Shown one piece after another: positions 47,900-56,451 of a DNA stretch of 64,000 nucleotides. Origin of the DNA: Spirochaetia bacterium (GTDB lineage Bacteria > Spirochaetota > Spirochaetia > SZUA-6 > Bin103); contig OZ241907.1 in the NCBI GenBank assembly GCA_965203515.1, positions 384,001-448,000 on the forward strand, given 5' to 3'. How positions within the stretch are numbered: the first letter of the stretch is position 1; each line of letters starts with the position of its first letter. The translations under genes were made by a program, and so were the position numbers. The notes below the pieces were generated by a model. The model ran no database searches, was not told where the DNA came from, and worked only from the letters and a program-made list of their open reading frames with translations.

Positions 47900-49027
47900 T
47901 CACGTGAACCGGTACTTCCGGACCGTCTCCGGCAGCACCTCGACCCCCAGACCGGGCGCGTCGCGGACGGCCAGCATGCCGTCGCGCTGTACCCAGGGGT
48001 CGGCGACCAGCTCGTGCTGCATCGGCGACTCGTGCGGCTTGAAGTCCATGGCCACGCCCCGGTCGGAGATCGCCAGCAGGTGCGCGCTGGCCGCGGTGTT
48101 CAGGGCGCTGCTCCAGGTATGCATGCTGAAGTGCAGGTGCTCGGCTTCGATCAGCCGGATCACCTCGCGGCACCCGGTGATCCCCTGGCAGCGGCCGGGG
48201 TCGATCTGCACTACGTCGACCCCGCCGGACCGGATCAGGCGCGCGTAGCTCTCGCGGTCCCACTCGTCTTCGCCGGTGCCGATCGGCGTGCGCACCGCCG
48301 CCCGCAGGCGGGCATGGCCGGCGAGATCGGACGGAAGCAGCGGCTGCTCGATCCATTTCAACCGGTACGGCTCCAGATCGAGAAACCGCCCGATCGCGGT
48401 CGGCACGTCCCACAGGTCCCGGGCGCCGGGCGTGTCGACCACCAGCTCCAGGTCGTCGCCGATGATCGCGCGGATGCGCTCCACCAGCGCCAGGTCGGCG
48501 GCGCGGTCGAGGCCGAACACCGCTTCCGGGCGCATGCCCCAGCCGCCCTTGACGAGGCGGTAGCCCTGGTCGCGCATCCAGCGGAACTCGTCGTCGGTCC
48601 ACGCGGTGTCCTCCATGTCGAAGATGATGGAGGCCATGGCCGGAACCTCGGTGCGCACCCTGCCGCCGAGCAGTCGACTCACCGGCTGGCCGAGCGCCTT
48701 GCCCTTGAGGTCCCAGAGCGCCATGTCGACGGCGCTCACCCCGAAGGCGGCGATCCCCTCCGGTCCGTACCACCAGGTGCGGCCGGTCATCGTGCGCCAG
48801 AGCGCCTCGACGTCGAGCGCATCGGCGCCGATCAGCAGCGGCGCGTAACCGCGCTCGATGATCGTGGCGGCGGCCAGCGCCGCCTCGGGAAACTGCGAGA
48901 TGCACTCACCCCAGCCGGTCGTGCCGTCGTCGGCGGTCACCTTGGCCAGCGTGAGGTAGCGCAGCGTGCCCTTGTAGTGGGGTTCCGGGTATTCGAGGGG
49001 GAATGCCTCGATCGATGCGATCTTCAC
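47900..49027 (-). CDS. Mandelate racemase/muconate lactonizing enzyme family protein
   Basis: SAVDMALWDLKGK, WIEQP, TGEDE and PGLGVEV. Confidence 0.9.
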   Translation of the reverse strand: MKIASIEAFPLEYPEPHYKGTLRYLTLAKVTADDGTTGWGECISQFPEAALAAATIIERGYAPLLIGADALDVEALWRTMTGRTWWYGPEGIAAFGVSAVDMALWDLKGKALGQPVSRLLGGRVRTEVPAMASIIFDMEDTAWTDDEFRWMRDQGYRLVKGGWGMRPEAVFGLDRAADLALVERIRAIIGDDLELVVDTPGARDLWDVPTAIGRFLDLEPYRLKWIEQPLLPSDLAGHARLRAAVRTPIGTGEDEWDRESYARLIRSGGVDVVQIDPGRCQGITGCREVIRLIEAEHLHFSMHTWSSALNTAASAHLLAISDRGVAMDFKPHESPMQHELVADPWVQRDGMLAVRDAPGLGVEVLPETVRKYRFT

Positions 49028-49157
49028 CGGTCTGCGGTCGGGCTGCGTGACGCGATCATCGGGGCTGCATACATCCGGGCGTGCCTCTATATACTCGCGC
49101 CCGAAGGTATCTCACCGGAAGGATCGATGTACAGGTTCAGGAGGCCGCAGGCCGGCG

Positions 49158-50174
49158 ATGCCGGATGTCGTCAGCCTGGGTGAGGCGCTCTTCGACCTGT
49201 TCGCCGCTCCGCCCGGAACCACGCTGGGAGCGGCGCGGACCTTCACATCCGAGCCGGGCGGCGCGCCGGCCAACGTCGCCATCGGCTTGGCGCGGCTCGG
49301 CGTCGACGTCGGGTTCGTGGGCAGGGTCGGGGCCGATTCGTTCGGCAGCCGGCTGCAGGAGCTGCTGCGGCAGGAGGGGGTCGATATCGCCCACTTCCGG
49401 CCGGTCGCCGGCAGCCGGACGCCGATCGCTCTGGTGGCCGCGTCCAGTCCGGTCGATCAGGACTTCGTGCTGTTCCGCGGGGCGGACACCTTGCTCCGAC
49501 CGGAGCATCTGGACCGTTCCTACCTGGCGGGCGCGCAGGTCTTCACCTACGGATCGGTGACGCTGAGCGCCGGTGGGCGGGACGCGGCGCTGCAGGCCGT
49601 TCGCTGGGCGCGGGCTGACGGCGTGTTGGTGGCGTTCGACGCCAACTACCGGCCGGCGGTCTGGTCCGGCGAGGCGGCGGCCCGCGACGCGATCATGCCG
49701 GCGTTGCGGTGCGCCGACGTGGCCAAGCTCAACGAGGTCGAACTGAAGCTGCTGGCCGGCACCGGCGACCTGCAGGCCGGCTGCCGGCGCCTGCTCGACC
49801 TGGGCGTCCGGCTGTGCCTGATCACCGCCGGCGCCGGCGGCGCCTGGTTCGACGACGGCCGGGCTTCGGGCCACGTTCCCGGCTTCGCCGCCGACGTGGT
49901 CGATACGACCGGCTGCGGCGATGCCTTCCTGGCGGCGTTTCTGGCGGGCCTGGTGACCGAGGGGCGCCGGCTGTCGGAGTTGGACGGGGCGGCGCTTCGC
50001 CGGCTGGTGGCGGCGGCCAACGCGGCCGGCGCGCTCAACGCCGCGCGCCGCGGCGCGATCCCCGGCCTGCCGACGCGGGCCGCGATCGACCGGCTCCTGG
50101 CCGACAGGCGACCGTCCGCTATTCGATCAGGAGGTCGGCGCCGAGCAGGAACTGCGCCAACGACCGGTGCCTGA
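49158..50174 (+). CDS. PfkB family carbohydrate kinase
   Basis: PGGAPANVA..LARLG, FDAN.R and DTTGCGDAF. Confidence 0.92.
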   Translation: MPDVVSLGEALFDLFAAPPGTTLGAARTFTSEPGGAPANVAIGLARLGVDVGFVGRVGADSFGSRLQELLRQEGVDIAHFRPVAGSRTPIALVAASSPVDQDFVLFRGADTLLRPEHLDRSYLAGAQVFTYGSVTLSAGGRDAALQAVRWARADGVLVAFDANYRPAVWSGEAAARDAIMPALRCADVAKLNEVELKLLAGTGDLQAGCRRLLDLGVRLCLITAGAGGAWFDDGRASGHVPGFAADVVDTTGCGDAFLAAFLAGLVTEGRRLSELDGAALRRLVAAANAAGALNAARRGAIPGLPTRAAIDRLLADRRPSAIRSGGRRRAGTAPTTGA

Positions 50175-51330
50175 CCCCGGCGAAGTCGGGCGGCTGGTGC
50201 GGGTCGAGCGACAACAGCACCCGCGGATAGGCGTCATCGACCGCGGAGAAGGCCGCCAGTTCCCGCTCGACGGTGGCCCTCGACTCGAGCAGATAGGCGA
50301 CCTGAACGTAGACGATGCCGCGCCGGTCCCGGGCGACGAAGTCGATCTCCCGCCCGCCGGCCGATCCCACGGTCACCGCGTAGCCGCGGCGGCGCAGCTC
50401 GAGGTATACGAGGTTTTCCAGCACGCCGCCGATGTCGGAGTCGCGGTACCCGATGACGCCGTTGCGCAGTCCCACGTCCCCCAGGTAGTGCTTGTGGTTC
50501 ACCTCCAGCCGTCTCTTTCCCTTCACGTCGTACCGATGCGCCGTGCTCAGGAGAAAGGCTTCTTCGAGGTGGGCCAGGTAGCTGAGCACCGTGTCGACGG
50601 AGGTCGACCGCCGCTGGCTCTTCAGGAAATCGGCGATCCGCTTGGCCGAAATCAGGTTGCCGACGTTGTCCATGGCGAATCGCGTCACCGCCTCGAACAG
50701 CGATACGTTGCGGAGCCGGTGGCGGCGGATGATGTCCCTGACGACGATGGTGCTGAAGATGTCCTGCAGCATCTGGGTCACCACCACGTCGCTCAGATCG
50801 GTATGCATGAGCCCCGGCAGGCCTCCGTAACGGAGGTAACGGCGCAGGAGCGCATCGGTGTCGAGATCGTCGCCGCGCAGACGATGCAGATCGCCCAGCT
50901 CGCGCAGCGTCAGCGGGAATACCTGCAGGGTCACGTAGCGGCCGGCGATATGGGTGGCAAGCTCGCCGGCCAGCATCGACGCATTGGAGCCGGAGATGAT
51001 CACCTTCGTGCGCTCGCGGCCGTTCAGCGCCGCCGCCGCCCGCTCCCAACCGTCGATCTGCTGCACCTCGTCGACGACCACCGCGAGTGGCTCGGCCGGT
51101 CGGGACCGGCTCTCTACGAGATCGACCAGGTTCCGAGCCGAACGGATGTCATCGAACTCCAGCGACTCCTTGTCGACGTAGACGACGTGGCGGTCCCGGC
51201 CCAGCGTGTCCGCGAACTGGCGCAGCAGCACGCTCTTGCCGACGCGCCGCAGCCCGACGACGGCGATGATCGCGGGAGCGGTGAGAAACCGCCGCAGCCG
51301 GTCGAGGTAGGAAGTCCTGGCGAGTATCAC
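50119..51330 (-). CDS. AAA+ ATPase (AAA_14 + DUF4143 type)
   Basis: GLRRVGKS, VDEVQ, YGGLP, LENLVYLEL, EIDFV and YVQVA. Confidence 0.88.
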   Translation of the reverse strand: MILARTSYLDRLRRFLTAPAIIAVVGLRRVGKSVLLRQFADTLGRDRHVVYVDKESLEFDDIRSARNLVDLVESRSRPAEPLAVVVDEVQQIDGWERAAAALNGRERTKVIISGSNASMLAGELATHIAGRYVTLQVFPLTLRELGDLHRLRGDDLDTDALLRRYLRYGGLPGLMHTDLSDVVVTQMLQDIFSTIVVRDIIRRHRLRNVSLFEAVTRFAMDNVGNLISAKRIADFLKSQRRSTSVDTVLSYLAHLEEAFLLSTAHRYDVKGKRRLEVNHKHYLGDVGLRNGVIGYRDSDIGGVLENLVYLELRRRGYAVTVGSAGGREIDFVARDRRGIVYVQVAYLLESRATVERELAAFSAVDDAYPRVLLSLDPHQPPDFAGVRHRSLAQFLLGADLLIE

Positions 51331-51334
51331 GACG

Positions 51335-51391
51335 TTCGAGTGTAGTCGAAATCATATCGATGATCGCGAATGCTTTCGATCATACTCGAAA
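51335..51391. promoter_or_regulatory. Inverted-repeat operator-like region upstream of the AAA ATPase
   Basis: ttcgagtgtagtcgaaa and tttcgatcatactcgaa are near reverse complements. TACACT on the minus strand lies 8 nt before the GTG start. Confidence 0.45.
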
Positions 51392-51425
51392 CGAGTGATC
51401 GGACCCACGCCTCAAACCCTTCGCC

Positions 51426-52589
51426 TCAGACCCGGTCGGCGTGCGGCAGGCGCACCGGCAGCGGAAACCACGACGCCGCGCCGCGCGGCGGCCCATCCGC
51501 GGCCGGCCCATCCGCAGCCGGCCAGGACGGGCGGAGCGGGCCGAACAGCGACCGCATCGCCTCGATCTCGCTCAAGGTGATCTGAGCCGGCTCATCGGTC
51601 GGCGTTGCGCGTGCGCGGGTACCGTCGACGCGCAGGCACAACCGCTCGTCATCGCCGATCTGCAGGATCAGGCTGCCGGACTCCGCGTCCCCGGAGCGGG
51701 CGCGTTCACCAAGCAGCGCCGTCAGCGCCGCCGGCCAGTCGAAGACCTGCCAGTTGTCGCAGCACCGCAGGGTCGTGGATTCCGCGATCGCGTCGAGCTG
51801 CCGCACGAGCGCGATCCGCGCAGGCGACGCAGCGACCGTGACCGAGGCGAGCTTCCGATGCGCGCACCACGCCGCCGCCACCCGCAGCGTCGCCGCCTGG
51901 TCGGCGGCCAGTAGCTCGGTCACCGTCGATCCGTTGCCGTCCGCGATCAGATAGCCGGCCAGATCCGCCCCGGCGACCGCTGCGTACGGCCGGTTGTTCC
52001 AGCTCGAACAGATCGCGACGAACTCCGCCGGCGGCCGCTCGCACCGCATGCCCTGTCCGTCGTGCAGCCGCTGAGCGTCCGCCAGCAGGGGATCGTCGGC
52101 GGTCAGGCGGCGGAACTCGATCCCGGTCCCGTCCGCGCCGGCCGCCTCGAGATCGTCCCGCTCGAGCGTGAACAGCAGCTCGGTACCGCACTGCTCGTAG
52201 CCGAAGCGGCGATAGCGGCGCCGCCGGCCGCTGAGCACGGAGAGCGGATAGCCGGCGGCGCGGATCTCCTCGACGCAGTGGCGCATCAGCGTGGTCATCA
52301 GGCCGCTGCCGCGGTACCGCGGATGGGTCGAGACGCCGCCGACGCCGGCCACGCGCAGCGCGGCGCCGCCCACGTGCCAGACGATCGGGAAGACGCCGAC
52401 CGCCGCCGCCAGCATGCCGCGGCGTCGTATCGCGTAGTTGCAGCGCATGTGCCGGTCGGTCGGCCGGTACAGCTTCGGCAGCAGCGCGGGGAAATCGTGC
52501 GGGCCGTGCGAGTAGCCGAACGAGTAGTTGAGCAGGTCCATCGCCTCGTCGAAGTCGGCCGCCGTCAGTTGGACGATCCGCTCGCTCAC
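51426..52589 (-). CDS. GNAT family acetyltransferase (Eis-like)
   Basis: VAGVGGVSTHPRYRGSGLM and YRRFGYE. GTG start VSERIV. Confidence 0.8.
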   Translation of the reverse strand: MSERIVQLTAADFDEAMDLLNYSFGYSHGPHDFPALLPKLYRPTDRHMRCNYAIRRRGMLAAAVGVFPIVWHVGGAALRVAGVGGVSTHPRYRGSGLMTTLMRHCVEEIRAAGYPLSVLSGRRRRYRRFGYEQCGTELLFTLERDDLEAAGADGTGIEFRRLTADDPLLADAQRLHDGQGMRCERPPAEFVAICSSWNNRPYAAVAGADLAGYLIADGNGSTVTELLAADQAATLRVAAAWCAHRKLASVTVAASPARIALVRQLDAIAESTTLRCCDNWQVFDWPAALTALLGERARSGDAESGSLILQIGDDERLCLRVDGTRARATPTDEPAQITLSEIEAMRSLFGPLRPSWPAADGPAADGPPRGAASWFPLPVRLPHADRV

Positions 52590-52706
52590 CGCGCGCCTTC
52601 GGTAGCGATCGCTGCACCGCGCTCCACCTGCGAGCGGATCATAAAGGACGCAGCCGCGCGCGGCATGCGATACTCGCGAAAACCGACAGAGGAGTACCAA
52701 TCCACC

Positions 52707-53891
52707 ATGCGAAGAGTCTTCCTACTTGGCGCCGCCGCGCTCCTGGCAGCGGCCGGCGCCTCCGCTCAGACCAGCCTGTTGATCTGGGCGGACGAGAACC
52801 GGGCCAACGCCTTGCAGAACGTCGTGCCGGCATTCACGGAGGCGACCGGCGTCCCGGTCGAGATCGAGGTCGTCGGCTTTGGCGAGATCAGGAGTCAGGC
52901 CGGAGTCGCCGGACCGGCCGGCGAGGGGCCCGACCTGTTCGTCGGCGCTCACGACTGGACCGGCGAGCTGGCGGTCAACGGCCTGGTCGAACCGATCGAA
53001 CTCGGCATGCGCGCCGAGGAGTTCTTCGAGGTGGCGCTCACCGCCTTCAGCTTCGAAGGCAAGCTCTATGCCGTCCCCTACGTGACCGAGACGATCGCCC
53101 TCTATTACAACACCGGCATGGCGGCGGAGGCGCCCCGCGCCTTCGAGGAGATCGGCGCCATCTGCGCCGCCTTGGCAGGGATCGAGAACTGCGTCGGGAT
53201 ACCGGGCGGCGGTGATGGCGCCGACGCCTATCACAACTATCCGTTCGTGTCGGCGCTGGGCGGGTACATCTTCAAGTACGATCCGGCGACCGGCTACGAT
53301 CCCGGCGACGTCGGCCTGGACAGCGATGGGGCCGTGGCCGGGGTGTCGTTTCTGGCCGGGCTGGTGGCGGACGGACTGGTCGGTCCGACCAACTACGATA
53401 CCGCCAAGACGCTGTTCCTGGAGGGAGAGCAGCCGTTCTGGATCACCGGTCCCTGGGAGCTGGGCACCCTGCGCGACCAGGACGGCGTGAACTGGGGCGT
53501 GGCCAAGCTGCCCACGATCGCCGGTCAGGCGCCGGCGCCCTTCGTGGGCTCGCAGGGCATGTTCCTGAGCGCCTTCAGCCCGAACAAGGTGCTGGCGCGG
53601 ACGTTCCTGCTGGAGTTCGTCGCCACGCCGGAGACGATGCGCGCGCTCTACGACGCCGACCCGCGCAACCCCGCGTACCGCGAGGTATTCGATCAGCTCG
53701 CCGACGACCCGGTTGCCCAGACCTTCGCGCTGTCGGCGGCCGACGGCGTGCCGATGCCCAACATCCCGCAGATGGGGGCTGTCTGGGGACCGTTGGGCAA
53801 CGCGCTGCTGCTGGTGCGCAACGGCGAATCGGAAGCCGCCGCGGCGATGGCGACCGCCGCGCAAGGGGTGCGAGAGGCGGTCGAGGGCTGA
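52707..53891 (+). CDS. malE: Maltose/maltodextrin ABC transporter substrate-binding protein
   Basis: Signal peptide, GPDLFVGAHDW.GELA..GL, GKLYAVP, ITGPW and PMPNIPQM..VW. Confidence 0.85.
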   Translation: MRRVFLLGAAALLAAAGASAQTSLLIWADENRANALQNVVPAFTEATGVPVEIEVVGFGEIRSQAGVAGPAGEGPDLFVGAHDWTGELAVNGLVEPIELGMRAEEFFEVALTAFSFEGKLYAVPYVTETIALYYNTGMAAEAPRAFEEIGAICAALAGIENCVGIPGGGDGADAYHNYPFVSALGGYIFKYDPATGYDPGDVGLDSDGAVAGVSFLAGLVADGLVGPTNYDTAKTLFLEGEQPFWITGPWELGTLRDQDGVNWGVAKLPTIAGQAPAPFVGSQGMFLSAFSPNKVLARTFLLEFVATPETMRALYDADPRNPAYREVFDQLADDPVAQTFALSAADGVPMPNIPQMGAVWGPLGNALLLVRNGESEAAAAMATAAQGVREAVEG

Positions 53892-53901
53892 TCCGCCGCC
53901 C

Positions 53902-55536
53902 GTGACCACCGCCCGCCCCAACCCCGCCGGGCGCCGGGCCCTGCCCGCGCTCGGCGGGGGCTTCTGGCTCAAGCTGGCCCTGATCGGGCTGCTCGACGCG
54001 GTGGTCGTACTGCTCTGCCCGATCCTGATCGCATCCGGATCGTGGACGCTCCTGGCGCTGCTGCTGGCGGCGGCGCTGCTGATCAACTACGCCTACCTGC
54101 GTCCCGGCGCGGTCGCCCTGCCGTGGCTGGCGCCGGGGCTGGTGTTCATGGGGCTGTTCGTGGTGTGGCCGGTGCTGTACACCGCGTACGTCGGGCTCAC
54201 CAACTGGAGCACCGGGCACATCCTCAGCAAGGAGCAGGCGATCGAACGCCTGCAGAGCATCGCCATCGAGTCGGCCGGCGATCCGCTGACCCTGGACCTG
54301 GCGGTGTTCCGCGATCCGGACGGCGTCCTGGCGTTCTACGTGACCGGCGCCGAGGGCGGCGGCGCCGAGGGGAGCGTCTGGTTCGGGGTGCCGCGCCCGC
54401 GCGGCGTCGATCCGGTCCGCGGCGGGCTGCTGCAGCCGGCGGAGTTGGGGGTGACCGACGAGGACGGGGACGGGCTGCCGGAAGGCATCGGCTCCTACGC
54501 GCGCCTGCAGGGACTGCAGGTGATCGGCGCGGCCGGCGCGATGGAGGACCTGGTCCTCGACGTCCCCGGCGGCCAGGTCGAGGTGCTCACCACGTCCAGC
54601 GTGCGGCTGGTAGCGTCCGGCCGGCGCTATCGGTACGACGCGGCCGCCGACACGCTCTACGACGCGCAGACGCGGTCGACCTGCCGCGCGGCGGTGGGCG
54701 CGTTTTCCTGTCCTGACGGGCGGCAGCTCGATCCGGGGTGGCGCGAGGTGGTCGGCCTGGCCAACTTCGTCCGCGTCATCGCCGACGGCCGCTTCCGCGG
54801 TCCGTTCGTCAGGGTGTTCATCTGGAACATCGTGTTCGCCGCGGCGTCGGTAGGGCTCACCTTCGCCGTCGGCCTGACGCTGGCCAACGCCCTGCAGGAG
54901 ACGCGTCTGCGCGGCCGGCCGATCTATCGGTCGATCTTCATCATCCCCTATGCCGTTCCGGGGTTCATCTCCGCGATCGTCTGGCGCGGTCTGCTCAACG
55001 ATCAGTTCGGGCAGGTCAACCGGGTGATCGAGTTCTTCGGAGCGGCCGGGATCCCCTGGCTGCAGGATCGGTGGTGGGCCAAGGTGGCGGTGCTTCTGGT
55101 CAATACCTGGCTCGGTTTTCCCTACATGTTTCTGATCGCGTCCGGCGCGCTGCAGTCGATTCCGGACGACCTGAAGGAGGCGGCGCGGGTCGAGGGCGCC
55201 TCGGCCGCCCGTGTGTTCGGCACCATCACCCTGCCGTTGCTGATGGTGGCGACCGCGCCGATGCTGATCGGATCGTTCGCCTACAACTTCAACAACTTCA
55301 CGCTGATCTTCCTGCTCACCGCAGGCGGGCCGCCGGTGGCCGGCGCCTCGGTTCCGGTCGGCCACACCGACATACTCATCTCCTTCACGTTCAACCTGGC
55401 TCTGCAGGCGGGGAGGGGCCAGAACTTCGGGCTCGGCTCGGCGATCGTGATCGTGATCTTCGTGGTGGTGGCGGCGCTGTCGGCATTCGGCTTCCGGTTC
55501 ACGAAACGGCTGGAGCGGGTGTATGGGAACCTCTGA
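53902..55536 (+). CDS. malF: Maltose ABC transporter permease with a large periplasmic loop
   Basis: NTWLGFPYM, LQSIP..L.EAA..EGA and FAYNFNNF..I..LT.GGP....G.TDIL. Confidence 0.85.
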   Translation: MTTARPNPAGRRALPALGGGFWLKLALIGLLDAVVVLLCPILIASGSWTLLALLLAAALLINYAYLRPGAVALPWLAPGLVFMGLFVVWPVLYTAYVGLTNWSTGHILSKEQAIERLQSIAIESAGDPLTLDLAVFRDPDGVLAFYVTGAEGGGAEGSVWFGVPRPRGVDPVRGGLLQPAELGVTDEDGDGLPEGIGSYARLQGLQVIGAAGAMEDLVLDVPGGQVEVLTTSSVRLVASGRRYRYDAAADTLYDAQTRSTCRAAVGAFSCPDGRQLDPGWREVVGLANFVRVIADGRFRGPFVRVFIWNIVFAAASVGLTFAVGLTLANALQETRLRGRPIYRSIFIIPYAVPGFISAIVWRGLLNDQFGQVNRVIEFFGAAGIPWLQDRWWAKVAVLLVNTWLGFPYMFLIASGALQSIPDDLKEAARVEGASAARVFGTITLPLLMVATAPMLIGSFAYNFNNFTLIFLLTAGGPPVAGASVPVGHTDILISFTFNLALQAGRGQNFGLGSAIVIVIFVVVAALSAFGFRFTKRLERVYGNL

Positions 55537-56440
55537 CCGGCGCAGCGAAGCGGATGTCGTGCGCAAGCCGCGCAGGCCGCGCATGCCGCTCCGCCGCTGG
55601 CTGCGCGAGCTGGCGTGGCGCCACCTGCTGTTGGTCCCGGCGGCCGTCTTCGCGCTGTTTCCGGTCGTCTGGGTCGTTTCTTCGGCGGTGAACGCGGTCG
55701 ACAACCTGAGCACGGCGCGGATCGTGCCGCGGCAGCTCACCACCGACAATTTCGTCGAGTTGTTCACCAACCCGTTGACGCCGTTCGATATCTGGATCTG
55801 GAACACCTGGAAGGTGGCGATCGTCGCCGCGCTCGGCAACGTGGCGCTGGCCGCCCTGGCCGCGTTCGCCTTCAGCCGGCTGCGCTTCCGCGGCCGGCGA
55901 ACGGGGCTGCTGAGCATGGTGTTGGTGCAGGTATTTCCCCAGTTCCTCGGCTTCATCGCCCTGTTCCTGCTCGGCCAGCAGATCGGCGACGTGGCCGACT
56001 TCGTGGGCCTCAACACCCACGGCTACCTGATCCTGGTCTATCTGGGCGGCGCGGTCGGCTTCAACGCCTTCCTGATCAAGGGCTACATGGACACCGTCCC
56101 CGGCTCGCTGGACGAATCGGCCGCCGTCGAAGGGGCATCGCTGTGGCAGGTGTTCTCCCGTGTCATACTGCCGCTGAGCCGTCCGGTGCTTGCCGTGATC
56201 TTCATCATCACCTTCATAGGCATCTATTCGGAGTACATCCTGGCGCGCACCCTGCTGCGCAGCGCCGACAACCTGACGCTCGCGCTGGGGCTGCAGCTCT
56301 TCGTGAGCAACGACTACTCGGCGCGGTGGGGCAATCTGTCGGCCGCAGCGCTGATCGGGGCGGCGCCGATCGTGCTCACCTTCCTGTTCGCCCAGCGGCA
56401 CATCGTCGGCGGCCTGGTGCGCGGCGCGGTCAAGGGTTGA
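55523..56440 (+). CDS. malG: Maltose ABC transporter permease
   Basis: AFAFSRLRFRGR, QVFP, IKGYMDTVP.SLDESA..EGA and GAVKG. Confidence 0.88.
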   Translation: MGTSDRRSEADVVRKPRRPRMPLRRWLRELAWRHLLLVPAAVFALFPVVWVVSSAVNAVDNLSTARIVPRQLTTDNFVELFTNPLTPFDIWIWNTWKVAIVAALGNVALAALAAFAFSRLRFRGRRTGLLSMVLVQVFPQFLGFIALFLLGQQIGDVADFVGLNTHGYLILVYLGGAVGFNAFLIKGYMDTVPGSLDESAAVEGASLWQVFSRVILPLSRPVLAVIFIITFIGIYSEYILARTLLRSADNLTLALGLQLFVSNDYSARWGNLSAAALIGAAPIVLTFLFAQRHIVGGLVRGAVKG

Positions 56441-56451
56441 AGGAGGCAGCG

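Noticed and set aside
26100..47900. Integrase, att sites or IS ends bounding the BREX island
   Set aside because: No integrase, tRNA target, terminal inverted repeats or flanking direct repeats were recognised.
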